Assembly: GCF_009834535.1 (NCBI RefSeq)
Contig: NC_045696.1
Span: 85,748,001-85,812,000 of the forward strand
Direction of reading: 5' to 3'
Length of the DNA stretch: 64,000 nt
Source: Camelus ferus
Taxonomy: Eukaryota
A program made the translations under genes and the position numbers. The notes under the pieces are model-generated. The model ran no database searches. It worked only from the letters and a program-made list of their open reading frames with translations, and was not told where the DNA came from. Shown in pieces: positions 12,827 to 28,735 of the stretch. Each line of letters begins with the position of its first letter. The stretch's first letter is position 1.

Positions 12827-15414
12827 TGCATAAGAAACAGTTTGAGTCCTTTGGAGCAGAGTTAGAAGTATAAATGACACCTAGGAATAGTGAAAGAGAA
12901 TCTGATTGTACTATATAGAAAGATAGAATGCTCCATTTCCTGCATTAATTGAAGACCGAAATACATGATTCATCTCCAAAGAGAGGAAGAGGATGGGAGG
13001 AAGAGGAGCATCTGAGAAAGGCAGGGTAGTTATGATTCTAACACAGAAGCATTGTGACTCATGCTTTAAAAAAAACCCAAAACACAACATAATAATCAGT
13101 ATGATTTCATAGGTCAGTAAATATCACTGAATTAATTATACTATGTATAAGCAGTAGATATTCTGCTTCCAGCTTTTTCTTGAATAAGTACCGAATTCTG
13201 CTGCTATGTTGTTTCTCTAATACTTTCACTTTCTTCAGATTATTTTTTCTGATTGAAAAAATACATAGTAAAAAAAGTGTTATTTAAGTGATGAAATTTT
13301 ACTTTCATGTCAGATTCTAAAATAGTTTTATAATTTACTAGATTTCTAATTTAGGTTCAATGCTAAAGCTTTTGAACTTTAAGTTTAAATCACTTCAGAA
13401 AATGATAGCTTAATTGTAATTATAAAAGTAGATTTTGCATATAAACATGTTACACTTGAATTCTCTTTTTTTGTATCATTCTTAAGATAATTTCCTAATA
13501 TTTGAGAAATAAAAGCCTACTGTATTTGGTATAATTAAGACTGAAGCTGAGGTTTCAAAATAAAAGCATTAGTCAATATTTTTAAAATTCAAAGACCATT
13601 TTCATTTTTCTGAAAATATAAGTATGTTTTTGTGATCATGTTACTATTATAATTTTACTCTTTAAAATCTAAAAGCAGAATTCTTCTATAATAAAGTGTA
13701 ATAAGTTAATGTATAGTATTGGGAAACAAAATTCATTGAGAAGATATAGCCAAACATTTATATATCTAAATAATTGAGGCTTAATTTCTCATATTCCCTC
13801 TACATTTTATAAGATTTTTATAAAAATTGAAATATTTAAAATTTTCTATGAAAATAGGGTTATTTTTATTTAGATTTAGTTTAAATGTGAAGTTATGGAA
13901 TGCCACCAGCCTTTTATACAGTTTTCAATGGATTTTGGTGACAATGGTGACAATTCCTAGAAATGGTCATTACTAGATTTGAGATGATTTGAATGGTACT
14001 TGAATATCTGTAGGTGTACTTACTATCAATCCACTGAGTCCTTTGCTTCACAACTTAGAATACTTTGAATCTACTGACTGTAATATTGAAAATATTAATC
14101 AAATTCAGTTTTACATGACATTAAATAAGTGTAGCATCACTAAATCATTTGAATAGGTTAGGGAAAATATTTTCAGAATTTTCAAAGATGCAAAAATACA
14201 AAACACATTAAAAGAAATACTAATAAATTCTGTTAAATTATGAGTAGTAAGTTTAACCTGTTAAAAATACATTTTTGCCTTATAGACAAGACATTTTAAT
14301 AAAGGATAATCAGATGTCTGATGTTATATTTGTTGCAAAATATGGTTAAAATCATGTAAAAGTGTTTAAATTTTATTTTAAATCGTTATTATATTACATT
14401 TTAAATATTTTATTTTTATTCTTAAGCTACATAAATAATGTCTATCTTGAGTGAATGCTGGAAGAGCTTGCGAATTTTATTGCAAGTTTCATAATTCAAT
14501 TAGAATATATAATTCAAATAGAATAACATTAATTTCATAGTTAAGTGCCTTGTCATTGTATTTCCTCAGTGAATATTATATGTTAGAGGTATTAAAATGG
14601 CTTAGAAAAAGATTCTTAAAATTTAAAATAATGCAACTCAATTCCAGTTATGAGTTTCAGTAGTTAAAGCTGTTTTTTAATTTGATTCAGTTGGTGCATT
14701 CATGAAGAAAAAAATACTTAGGTTCAACTAAAACTATTGACTGTACAACTATAGTATGTCTTTGTATTAATTTTACTGGAGATAGGAACACAAATTAAAC
14801 ATCAGGTAATTTCAGTAAATGAATTTAAAAATGAATATATCAGTAAATTTCAGTAAACAACCCCAATGTATACTTTAGAAAAACTACATAATTGTCATTC
14901 TTTGTGATTACTAAGAAGATATTTAGGAAATGGAAACATTTACCTTTTAAAATCTGTATCACAATGAGAAATGTATTCTTTTCTCCCTTGAGCAGCCTTA
15001 ATTTCTCACATTAATTCCATCTGGGCATGATGTGGATGGGAGAAGGGGACAGTGTTAGAGAGAACATTCTTTTCTGAGGATAACAAAATTAACAAGGCAC
15101 TTAACTGAGTGTGATGCCTTTGTGAGAGCTGACAACATATTACAGAGATGTGGGAAATAAGGCTCAAAATGTACAGAAGTCATTTGGTGCAATTAACAGA
15201 CGAGTAAGAAATACATATTTCTTGGCCATGTGTAGTGTAATATATGATTTTACATGAATTATCCGTTTTTCAGTCTAAATATTTTACATAACTTGTTATG
15301 CGCATAGAACTAGTAAATAGCAAGACAGTATTGGGGCCTCAGTTTACATGGCAAGAAAATCCATAAACACAATACCCCACTATAATAATCTCTGACTCCA
15401 AGAGATGTTTAGGT

Positions 15415-15557
15415 CACTGGTTCTCACAATGTGACCCAGCAGCCATAGGGTTTCTTGAGACTTTTCCAGGGATTCAATAAGGTCAGAAACTATTTTCATT
15501 AGAATACTAAAAAGCTATTTGCTTTTATTCACTTTCATTCTCTCATGAGAGTGTAGG
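15415..15557 (+). mobile_element. hAT-Charlie DNA transposon end fragment
   Basis: cactggttctcacaatgtg terminal-like motif followed by aggtcagaaactattttcattagaatactaa, similar to Charlie1 as recalled. Confidence 0.5.
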
Positions 15558-15985
15558 ACTTGTGGGCTAGGCAGAGTGCAATGCCTAGCTGCTAGCAATG
15601 CACATCATAGAAGCTAGATATATGCCAGCGAAACTAATAAACTATGTTGAATAAATGAATGTGCTGGAACTATGTACAATAATAGACTCACAGTGAAAAT
15701 ACTGATACAACTATTTGGAAAAGACAGTTGCTTAATACTTCTAATGTAATTAGTGCTTTATAGGTATAGTTAAAACTAGGTAAATGAAATACATTTTGGT
15801 TGTATATAATTCCTTATTCTATCTAAAATACCTCTCTTATCTGGTATATACATGCATGCAAAAGCAAAAATATTTTTCTAAGTATAATGACTTGTCGATA
15901 CCCAGAGGTAGATCAGATAGTGGGTATAGTTAAGCAAGTTTGCAGGTTGTCATCTAGGACTTATGGAACATAATGGTTGCCCTAG

Positions 15986-16357
<372 letters not shown>

Positions 16358-17078
16358 TAAATTTTGGTGTAAAATATTGATTTATGTTTACCACTGATGA
16401 ATTGCCCATTATTAAATAATTAATGAAGACAAACAGAATTTGTTTGAAATCATAATTTAAGTGACCATTTTTTTTTCCATGAGCACTTTGCTGTAAGTCG
16501 CTGCAGTTTATTAGATGTACCTAATATGAAGAGTTACATCTCACGTATTCTAAGAACCTCTTTTCACCATTAAAATTGGGTAAAACTTTTACCAAACAAA
16601 AATAGGTGATCTTAGGGGAATATATCACTTTAAGGCAATCTGAAGAAAAATAACAATAATTGTCACAACATCATATATGTCTGCAAATTAAAGCAGAAAA
16701 ACTGAAAAGCAGAGATTTAAATGATTTATAATTGTGTGACAGGTCTGCATGTATGTAATTAGATTATATTTAAATAAATTATAAAGCTTTCAAATGGGTC
16801 TGTAGTTACATGATTTACAACACAGATGGATATATTTCTATACACATGTTAAAGCCTATTTTTCATATGATTGTAATTAGGAAATGGAATATTTATTACT
16901 ATAGTGCAAATCTAATGGTTAATCAATATGAGTGGAGACCTAATTGGAACTTGGTGTAAATTGTCAACTTTCATTATTTTTAACTAAATATGATATTACA
17001 TAGCATGTCATTTAAGGATTATAAAGTTTAAAATGGCAAAATATTTCTTAAGAAATATTCCTTTTATATTTTTTCTAA

Positions 17079-17198
<120 letters not shown>

Positions 17199-18540
17199 TA
17201 AGTGCAGTTTCACTCAGAAATCCCTTTCATAATTATTGCCTGATGTATATTTGGTGATTTACATATATTTGGATAATAATAAAAGTAAAAAAGCAAAGAA
17301 AGATAATATTTTCATAGTAAAAAATTAGAACATTAAAAACATCACTTCTTTTACTAATATTCACAAATTTGGAGCTTATTTATTAAGAACTATCTGGTAT
17401 ATGTATTTAGCTGTAATTCTGTTTTATTGTATAGATTTATCCTTTCAAATTTTGATTCAGTTTGCTATCTCTGAATATTTGTTCTAAGCATGAACCTCAC
17501 AACTGGCCTCAGAGAATGGTGCTTCTAGAACAAACCTTTATTTTTTATAAACAAGGGTTTCAACTAAAATGTAGTTTTTTATTTAGTATCTCAAAAAGGA
17601 ATTTTCTAATGGACTATGTTAATTGTATATTAAAAAGCAACATGATTACCTCCCCCCACCAAAAACAACAAAAAAAAAGCAAGATGATACAAAACAAAGG
17701 AAAAGATCAATCATATGTTGATTGCATACTATTTTCCAAGCATTGTAAAAGGATCTATGATGCAACAGTCAATAAAGCCTAGATTCTAGGTCAAGAAATT
17801 TTAAATTTTCTCACAAACAATTGTGATCAAATTTTAATACAAACTCATGTTTGGTCCCGAATCATACCATGATACCAAAAATTTTATACACTGTCTTCAT
17901 AGTGTTTATTTACTTCACTTAAACTCAGTTGAGCATTATATATCATAGTGCATAAGTAAATAAATTTTAGAAAAGAAAAAGCAACATTGTAGTTCATATT
18001 ATAAAGGTAATATTATAGAAAAAGCACCTGAGAATATTATTATATTTTTACTATGATAGTGTAGATAATTTTATATACTAAATTAATTTTTGTCTCCTTG
18101 TTCTGATTATTTTCTAATTATGGAAAAAAAATTGTCAGCAATATTCAGGTATCAACAGAAGTGAGATGAATAATGCTCGTATTTGTTGATGGTGAACTTC
18201 TTGAAACAAAATAAAATGCCTTTCAAATATGTAAATTTTATTTCAACATTGCTTGCTAATATTTGAAAATGCATGCATTAAGACATAAATAACATCATTG
18301 TGCCACAAAAATGTCTATCAGTTTCAAATTCTGATTATCACATTTTGTAGTATAAAGAGATTTCAATGAGTTTAAATCATACATTTCAAAAACAAATACT
18401 GAGTAGATACAAAAAGTACATGTTTAATTTGGTAGAAAAAAATCACTCATAAGTTTATTTTCTGTATCTGTGATTCTGTCTTTGTTTTGCAAATAAGTTC
18501 ATTTGTATCATATTTTTCTAGATTCCACAGATAGTTATGA

Positions 18541-18758
18541 TGGGATGGGATAAATTGGGAGTTTGGGATTTGCAGATACTAACTACTATATAAAAATAGA
18601 TAAAAAACAACAGGAAACTGTATTCAATATCTTATAATAGCCTATAATGAAAAAGAACATGAAGAGGAATATATATATGTATATATAGAATCACTATGCT
18701 GTACACCAGAAATTAACACATTGTAAACCGACTATACTTCAATAAAAAAGAAAGAAAA
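18541..18758 (+). mobile_element. L1 3' UTR fragment (artiodactyl-type) with poly(A) signal
   Basis: gggataaattgggagtttgggatttgcagatac...gctgtacaccagaaattaacaca...actatacttcaataaaaaag; homologous to the 3' end of the L1 at 45575-46262. Confidence 0.8.
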
Positions 18759-18982
18759 TTATTCAAAGTCTAGATCATTTCTAAAAGATTTCTTTTCTCT
18801 CTGTTGATTCAAATGTATTTAACTAAGTAAATATTGATAGCTAAATATGGAATTGATATAATATATTGATAAAATGGTGGCAAATAATATGGCTTGGCTC
18901 TAGGAAATGTAATATATGAATGTAAAATTAAGATATTATAATTGATAAATGTCAGTATTTTAAAATAAATGTTATTTATTAA

Positions 18983-19198
<216 letters not shown>

Positions 19199-19479
19199 TA
19201 AAAACAGTAATTACACTTAATTTTGTAATTTTATCTGAGTGACTTTTGGTAAAATGATTCAAGATATGTGACAGAAGATTTCAATCTTTATTCTTAGAGA
19301 ATTTACGAGAAAATTAAGAATGTGGATGATGACTACAACATTCAAGCTATTAAAGTGGGAATGAACAAAATTCAATCAAGTCAAACTAATTCATGAAACA
19401 AATATCAATATAAACAAGGCATAGAAAAAGCTTACATAATAAATATAAAGTACCAGAGAAAATGTTAAAGGAAAATTCA

Positions 19480-21760
19480 CATTTGAGATCATAATAAAAG
19501 TAAATGTCAAAAGTCTAGATATATTTAAAATACTACATAATCAGTTTAGGTTAAATATAATAAAGCTGTTTCTCCTATTTAAAAGATAAAATAAAAGGAC
19601 AGAAAAATGTATATGAGGCAATTCTAAACATAAAAAATCTGGTAAGTCCCTATATGAAACAAAGAAAAAATATACATTGTTGATATTCAACACTAAATAG
19701 AGCCATTACATAACAAAATAAATTTAGAATATCTAAGAAATCATAGTAATTCTTTATTCCTTCTTTCATATACATTGAACAAATTGAAAACCAAAAACAA
19801 ACCAAACAAACAAAAGAAAAGCTAACCCACACTGAGTTTTGAATTTGGAAACTAAAAAATAATACATTATCAAATGATTCACCAAAATAACTGAATGGAA
19901 ATGGGAAGAAAAATCTTAGAACTGAATGTGAACAATTTTATTTCATATCAAAACTCTGGGCTATCAGCTAAATTCATACTTAAAGGAAAAATTTTAGCCT
20001 TAAATGCTTAGATTAAAAATAAGAATGGTTAAATATTAGTGAAATGCATGATTAAGAATGCAGAAAGAAAAATCAAATAAAGCTGTAGGTAGTGAAAATA
20101 AGAGAAGAAATGAATGCAATGAAAACAATGTCTTTAGAGAAAAATTAACAAAGTTGAAGTACAAAGGTGTCTGAAAATTGAATAAAGTTACAAATTAATG
20201 GCAAATTTTGTTGAAAAAAAGAAGAAATAAGCAATGTTACAATGTATTTCAAGATAAGTTGTTAGTGTAGCAACTGATTAATAAACAATAGCTAAGAATA
20301 AATATTAAAACCAAGTGTAGGACTTTTTTGAGAGAATTTTAATAACTAAATAAATTAAAGATATACCATGTTTATGGATAAGAAGTCTCAAAATATTAGA
20401 AGTATGCATTCTCCCCAAACTATTGTCCAAATCAGCGATATTCCAATTTAAACTAAAGGGAATTTGGAGAACATAAAAGAATATTCTAAACTTCATGAGG
20501 AAGACAGTACAATTTAAAGAAGTAGAAAAGAGCACAAGGATTTACCTTACCAGATAAAACAGTAATATAGCACAGTGATACTTAACTGTGAATATTCAAA
20601 TAAATTAAGATGACAAAATAAGACATGGGTCCATGCGTTAATGAAAATGCGTTTAATGATAGCACTATCACTGTAAATCAACCATTCATATGAACAAATG
20701 ATTATCCGTTTAAGAAACCAAATAAAATGGATCCATGTCTCACACTGTACACAAAAATCAATCCCAGATGGACTAAAGACCTACATGTGAAAAGTAAACT
20801 TTAAACATCTAAGAAGAAAATATAAGTGGGTAAGTTTTTGACATAACGTTAAAAGAAAAATTTCTTAAACAGAACATAGAAGGGACAAATAATAAAGAAG
20901 CAAATTTGATTTCAACTAAATGAAAACTTCTGTTCATCAAAAGTCTATTTTAAAAAGTTAAAAATAAAATGTTGCCTACTACTGGAATTTATATTTTCAA
21001 TTCATATAGCCAATAAAGGATTAGTATTTAATTTGAAGTAAATTTTGTAGAAGATAAAAACAATAGAAAAATTAAAAAGAATATAAATAGGCTATTCTAT
21101 AAGAAGAGAAACCCATATGGACTCAATACAAATATGAAAATTTTTTCTGCTTTTCTTATAATTAGAGGAATGCAAGAAGTTTGGTAAGATATATTGTATA
21201 TATAGGTGGTAAAAATTAAAAGTCTAAAAATATCAAAAATTGTCAAGAAAATGAAGCAATTGGAAATTTTATGTATTGTTACTGTGATTATAAATGTTTA
21301 TAACCAGGTTTGATTAAACAATGTACATTTCCAATAAATCAAAAAAAAATCCTATGTAGATATATGTACTACAGAATAAGTAAATTTTTTACATATTCAG
21401 AAAGAAACCAATACACACATTTCATAAAAGTATATTTTATAGTGATAGGATCCCATAAAATACAGAACTACAGCTACATTAACATAATTAAATCTCACAA
21501 AAATAATGCTTTGTGAGAAAAATGAAATGCAGTGTAATGCATTCAACATATAATTTATATAAAGTGAAAAATCATGTAAAACAATGTTATATATTGTTTA
21601 TAGATACAAATGTACTATTTTGAAAAAAAAAAGAAATGCTTGTAAACAGTAAGTACTTAATTAAGGGTAGTAGTTTTTTCTGGAGGGTCCTTGAAGAAAA
21701 AGGAATGCAATTTTATATGAGTATATATCTGGCAATTTTTTTTTTTACTCTTTTATTCCT
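19480..21760 (+). mobile_element. Old, degraded L1 (L1M-type) ORF2/3' relic
   Basis: A-rich with ORF2-like motifs (aaaggaaaaattttagccttaaatgc; tctcacactgtacacaaaaatcaatcccagatggactaaagacctacatgtgaaa). Confidence 0.7.
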
Positions 21761-22039
21761 ACACTAATATATTATCAATGGGAAAAATCAAATCATAGGA
21801 TGTGAGCCTTGGATTAAGAAGCAAAACATTTTACTAATACAATTTCAGCTTTATACATTAGAGGCAAGTATATGGCAAAAATGGAAAATAAAGAAACTAG
21901 GCTAAGGAAGAGTGTGTGAAGACAGTAAAACATAAAGTTCCTAAATAGTGCAAATTAATCATTTGAGGCATAAAATGTGATGTTCTGGGCAAATCTGAGA
22001 ATCTATACATGATAAATTATATATATATATATAACTTAG

Positions 22040-22246
<207 letters not shown>

Positions 22247-22974
22247 TGAAAGTTTGTAGCATAATTCTTAAAGAAGAATTAGAGCTTATCTTCTCAAGGC
22301 CTATACATATTTTGTATATTAGAATATGGTCTAATAAGGAAATCATAGAACATAATATAGTCACACCATAAATATTTTATTCAAGCCTAAGGCATGTATA
22401 TTTTCAATTAAAGCCAAAGATTTTTGTGAGTCTAAATTCTTAGATTCTAACAATATAAATTCCAGGTGACTTTTCTTCCATGAAAAAATATAATATACTA
22501 TTAAGGATTTCTAGTTTTTGTTTCATTAAAGATACACAAGAAATTAAAGATATTGGAAAGCAGTTTGAGTCCAGAATCTTTCTATAATAAATAAAATTGG
22601 AATGACAGGTGGGGAAAAAATAAAACTAACACATTTACAACATGCATCTGAACCGATGGGGAGCTATTTTACCAACCCTGAGCACTAAGCATGCTGTAGG
22701 TTCTCATAGGCACATTTTTCAGAGGGAATGGGGAAATTAGGTGAAAACATAAGTCAACTAAGTGCATGTTGGTTGAGAAATTATTCACTCTTCACACAGT
22801 GGGGTTTAATTCTGTTTGAGAAGAGGGACAACCACTCAGAGCTCAGCCTGGAAGGAAGCATGATAGTACAGAAGTAAAAGGTATAAATTGAATGTTAGTC
22901 ACTTGCTAAACTGCCTAAATGATGCTTTCAAGAAATGTGTGTTATTGGGAAATCTTGGTATGAATTGCATTATA

Positions 22975-23420
22975 CTCTATGTTTATTTCTGTCCTCCAAA
23001 AAAGTAGATGCCAAGGCAGAATTAGACATGTTAGAGATTTACTGGTGAAAGGAAATGCTTGTGAAGGAAAAAGGAAAGGAAGCAGGAGAAGGTGGAGATA
23101 GCCTTCAGATCACAATCCAGGTCTGAACCTGATGAAGATATAGGCAAAGAAGGAGGTTTGATTGGGAGAGTCACATACTACAGTCCAGGTCTAAGGAAGC
23201 CTCTGTCAGCCCCGTGGGGAGACTCCAAGGCAAAGTTGGCCACTGGAGGAATCCTATATCTCCCAGGAATGGGCCTGAACAGTAGTCCTTCACTGCTCAT
23301 TGATTAATTGGGAGCAGCCAAAGGGAAATATGGCTTTAGGGTAAATATGATGGTGAATCCAGGGAGGCAATAGCTGGTACCCTCAGTTAATTTTGTTACC
23401 CATAACAGGCAATCTCAGTA
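22975..23420. mobile_element. ERVL LTR relic (LTR16-like)
   Basis: GC shift; agagatttactgg...gcttgtgaaggaaaaagg...ggagatagccttcagatcacaatccaggtctga pattern recalled for the LTR16 family. Confidence 0.55.
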
Positions 23421-23424
23421 AATT

Positions 23425-23833
23425 GCTCACATCGTTACACCTTGGCTGAGAGAGTCAGTTGATCTTGCTTGGGCTCAGCAGGGAGGCTGTCCTTCAATTT
23501 GCAAGCCTACAGGCTGGCCAGGCAGCTCTGTTCCCCTTATCCCTGGGCTAGCTGACCACCTGGGCTTATCGTTCTAATGGCAATGGAAAGGGACAAGGCA
23601 GCAAGTCCTCATGTAAGCACATTTCAAACCCTTCCTTGAAGGTGAAGGCGTCACATGTACTTAGACTCCATTGGCCAGAGTATGTCATGTAACTGAGCAC
23701 AAAGTCAAGTGGTGGGGCAGTACACTCCACCTTTAGAGGTAGAGACTGCAATGTTTATGTAAAAAATTATGTATGCAAAAATTGTGAGTACATGGAAGCA
23801 TGAAAATTGGAACCAGTAATTCAATCTACCACA
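23425..23833 (-). mobile_element. MaLR LTR (MLT1-like)
   Basis: ccattggccagagtatgtcatg...caaagtcaag motif; ends aatctaccaca, i.e. an LTR start TGTGGTAGATT on the - strand. Confidence 0.65.
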
Positions 23834-24055
23834 ATAATAGAAATAAAGAATTCTTCGTTAAAATATTTTTTCATTTTCTCTGTGTATGTTTAAATGAGAG
23901 ATGCCCACTTTACAATAAAGTTTAATTAATAATATATGTAAATGAATATATAAAAATAGAAATATTCGTATAATTTGATGATGGAAGTAGGAGTAATCAC
24001 AACTTTTTATAAACAAGCTGAAAAGTATTCAATTTGATTTTCAAAAATGGATTAA

Positions 24056-24277
<222 letters not shown>

Positions 24278-25120
24278 TGAGTATTATGTTCAATGTCTTT
24301 CAAATTATATTCAGACATATATTGAAAAATGAATGGAAGTAAATCAGATGTCAAGCAGATTTCTGCTGTTTGTTCTTACATTTGTATAAATGATTTGATG
24401 AATTGTGGAATGCTAGTAGTAAATATAATTAATTTGGTGAATTGGACAGGAATAATCTAGAAATGAAAGAATTATATAGAATTTAAAAGCAAAAGATATG
24501 TAGAATATATTAGAGAAATATCAGTAAGCAAGATGAAATACAGAATTATTAAAACATAATCATGCACATATTATGACAATTATCTAAATATAGATCGAGT
24601 ATACTATCATAACAAAACAACAAATTGTGCTTGTTTTGTATATCTTGTCCAAAGAAGGACCTTCCCTCAAGAAATAACTAAAGATCCTTTCAATCCAAGT
24701 TAAAATGGGGGTTTATAAAGAAAGAGTTTAAAGAGAAGAAAGTAGAATATGAAAGATTTCTGACACTTTATGAACCTATCTTATAGGAGAAAATGAATTA
24801 GCCAGAACAATTGTTTACTACAGATAAAATTGAGCCTTATCATATATGATAGATTTTTTTTTGAGTCCCAAATGAACCAATTTCCTCTCCTCATCTCTCC
24901 CCACTTTCTCATCTCTCTCCCTTCCTTCCTGCCATTCTTTTTTTTGAGTGTTAGATGAACCATAAGGATGTAAGAACTGTTGATTCAAAATGACATATCA
25001 AACAAGTAAAATTAGAGTTAATAATTATTCCCAGGGAAAAACTTAAAAGATAAACCAAATGAGAGATTTGGATAAACTTATTTTTTATCTTTATATTGTA
25101 AACATTGTTGTTGTTCTTAG

Positions 25121-25205
25121 ATTTTATGAGGATACTAACAGCTGGATTGAGGACACTCAATTCCTGTGGGGCCCCTGTTTACTTATTACCCCTGTCTTGA
25201 GACAG
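25121..25205 (+). CDS. SI: SI exon 19
   Basis: cttag|...|gtaggt; 85 nt; [28 protein letters not shown]. Confidence 0.95.
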
Positions 25206-25985
25206 GTAGGTTTTACAATTTTAATAAATTTATTGCTTAAAGGGAACTTTGTGTAACCAAAGCCACACTAAATTACAAAACATTTGGATAATAAATTTTA
25301 CTCAATAGACTGTTTCAGCCTGGTAAATGTCAAATTGAATTCTAAAATGTAGAAGAAATTTTGAAAAATTATAATAAATATATTAAGTAGACTTATGCTT
25401 TTCAAATATATAATATGTAACTGTAATTGGGGAGAAAATTATATACAATTAGTATTCTTCTCAAAAAGAGAACTATTTATGAAATCAAATCAAATCTTAT
25501 AATAATAAGAAGAAACTCTCATTTAAGTAGACAGACATTAAAATTTTGCTATATTGTAAATAAAGGAGGACTTGAAAAACAGTAGATCATATGAAAATGT
25601 TGAAAAACAGTAGAATGAGATATTTGTTTTTAACCTATTACTTAAAAGTCTGTATGTCATGGAAATATACAGAAATGAATATGTTCACACTCACAATTAC
25701 CATGTAGGTTATAATAGTACAGATGCGTGCATCCACTATTTTAATTGCCACTTAAATTCATTTCATTTTTGCTTTTGGAATATTTTATATTGTGATATTA
25801 TCTTAAACTAGTAAAATAGTCTTTTGAATATTACTTACAGAAATATTTAAGTGTAACAATACAAAGAAGGTTTTATTTCCCTTCACTATGAAAATCCAAC
25901 TTAATATTTGATGTGTTTCTCTTCTGTTAAGTACTGAAGTAAAAAAAAAATACATATGCATATAAATTATCTTGCTTTATTTTAG

Positions 25986-26042
25986 GGAGCAACTATAGTG
26001 AGTGCATACATCCCTAATGCTACTTGGTATGATTATGAAACT
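25986..26042 (+). CDS. SI: SI exon 20
   Basis: tttag|...|gtaagt; 57 nt; GATIVSAYIPNATWYDYET. Confidence 0.93.
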
Positions 26043-26928
26043 GTAAGTAACCTAATATAATAATAGACTCCAAAGTATTATATTATCCAACATCTGTAAA
26101 GGAAACTTAACTCCAAACACACAGCATATTTTATTTCAGTATTTGTTATTATTATTAAAATATTCTAAATTTTAACAATGTGTTAAAGTCTGTGCAGGTA
26201 TATATACATTTTGTTGCACACGATTAATATGAAGTTATATTCTTTAGTATAAAGGCTTATCTGTTTTAAATTGTGGAAATAAAAGGTCAAGAGTAATTTT
26301 AGGAAGAAGTGGTAACTTATTTTAATACTTTTCCTATTTTACATACTTATCTTATAGCCAAAAAAACTGAGTATTGAGCTAATCATAAACATTTGTTTTT
26401 ATACATTATATTGAAATGTTAGGGAAAGATTTTCATTTCAACCTTGAAAAGGCAACATAGCAGGATTCATACACACAGCCTATTTTTTTTTAATTCACCA
26501 GACCTTCTGAGAAGTATTTATTTTAAAGAGAAATATTTTGTATAGCATTTATATTTGCTAAGCAGGTTTATTTTATAAGAAACAGTGATGATTTAAAAAT
26601 CCTTTCTAAAGATGTGGTTAACTTTAAATGAGAACAAAAAATAAAAAGCAAGGCTAATTAAGAATATTGTTAATTATTGTAGAAGAGAAATGGATTTCTC
26701 TATGTTGATTTTTTTTGATAAAGTGAACTTATTTTCCTATTGATTAGTTCAGCAAACTGAAAAAAAAGTTTTCTTTGAAAGTTAGAAAACATGATAATAT
26801 TCATTAAAATGACATGAATTGCTAGTAATAAAAATTATTTATGTGTGTACATTCTATGCATAATTCTTGTGAAATGGGATTTAATATCCTTGAAATAATA
26901 AAAAATGTTTTTATCTTCCAAACATTAG

Positions 26929-27054
<126 letters not shown>

Positions 27055-27609
27055 TAAAATGAAACAACATTAACTGAAATCTGAAATATAATTCAAGTTT
27101 TAATGTTTCATATTTTATTAAGAATCAAAGACTCATGTTTAGTTTTTTCACCAGAAAATATTTGACATATGTAAGGAATTCTTAAATATAACCATCATAG
27201 TTTTGAAAAAGAAGAATAAAATTGTGTATATTACTACAAATTTCTTGATTTAAAAAATGAACAGATTAGAAATTTATTTCCTGTGCCAAAAGTGTACTGA
27301 CATTCTCTAAAGAATATGTATGATTAAATTGCTGATTCTTAATAAAAAATGAAATATTAAACTAAGTTATATAATTGATCAAATTGTAACTTTTTACATA
27401 CTTGGGTTTTCAAAACATAAATGTCACAATGTTTTTCTTTTGGCTAAAATATTTTAAGTTAACAAATGAGGTAGATATCCTGTTTAGGTAAAGAACAATA
27501 TAAAAACTAAGTTTGTCAGTAAGAATAAATTTCATAAATATTTAGAAAAAAAGAAGAAACTTGAAAACTCTGGTGCTTCACTTGGTAACATTCATTCTGG
27601 GCACCTGGA

Positions 27610-27920
27610 CAAGAACATGTCATGTTGAGTCCATATGTATCCCCATCTTCTACAACACCCCAACAGAGAGACGCACTCTATTCCTTACCCTGCTGTATCT
27701 TCTTCATAGCATTAAGAATATCTGGAATTATACTGTTTACTTGTTCTTGTATGTAGTGAGTCTCTTCCTCTAGACTATAAACTCCATGAAGGCAGAAATG
27801 TGACTTTTCACCACTTTAGTCCCCAAACCAATAATAGTGTCAACCTATTATGGAATAGGATTCTTATTTTCTCTGAATATTTGTTAAAGAGGAACAAGTT
27901 ACTGAGTGAATCAATGAGTG
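27610..27920 (+). mobile_element. L2 3' end
   Basis: ctagactataaactccatgaaggcagaaa...aatatttgtt...tgaatcaatga. Confidence 0.65.
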
Positions 27921-28646
27921 TTAGTAATTTCATTATTTTTGCATTCTAGAATTGGTTATTTTCGTACTGTAACTGTTTCATGACTATGTTCTCAAAAAAA
28001 TTGGTTTTACTCTAGTGCTATATTGAACAAGAGAAACATTCATTTTGATGAGTGTATGGTGGAAGAAATATATTCTGTATAGAGCAGTTACCTGGACTCT
28101 ATAGCTCCATGGGTACTATTTTAGGTTTAAAAACCTATAGTAATCTATAACTAAAAAAAAAATCATATGTTTCATTTCTCATGATAGAGTTAGCTTCATT
28201 TGTAAGATTATTAGAGATTCCACTTAGCACTTAAAAATTTTATCATATTATACTTCTCATTATTTTGTAACCTTGATACATTATAATTTAAGGTTAATTT
28301 ATATGTGCCAAATACATGTTGAATTGAGCATTCATAAGATATATTTAATTTTATTGTTTGGATTGAAATAGTATCACATTGTTTCATTTTTGCAGATGTC
28401 TTGGCCTCTAAGAAATTCCATATTATTTACTATATTTATTCCTTTTATTTATTTTCCACGTATATAAATTATTTTTCTCATTGATAAATTATTAAAAAGT
28501 ATAGACATGAATTTTATTAATATCAATGTTCTCATGTGAATGCAGAACTCCTACAAATCCATTCTGTTGAAATTGATTTATTTATAGGATATTTCACTAT
28601 TACAAATTTATTTTTAATCATATATACACCCTAACTTGCTTAACAG

Positions 28647-28735
28647 CCGAATGAACCCTCTAGGACTTATAGTTGCACTAGATGAAGATAACACAGCAAT
28701 GGGAGACTTTTTTTGGGATGATGGAGAAACTACAA
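28647..28735 (+). CDS. SI: SI exon 22
   Basis: aacag|...|gtaagt; 89 nt; [29 protein letters not shown]. Confidence 0.95.
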
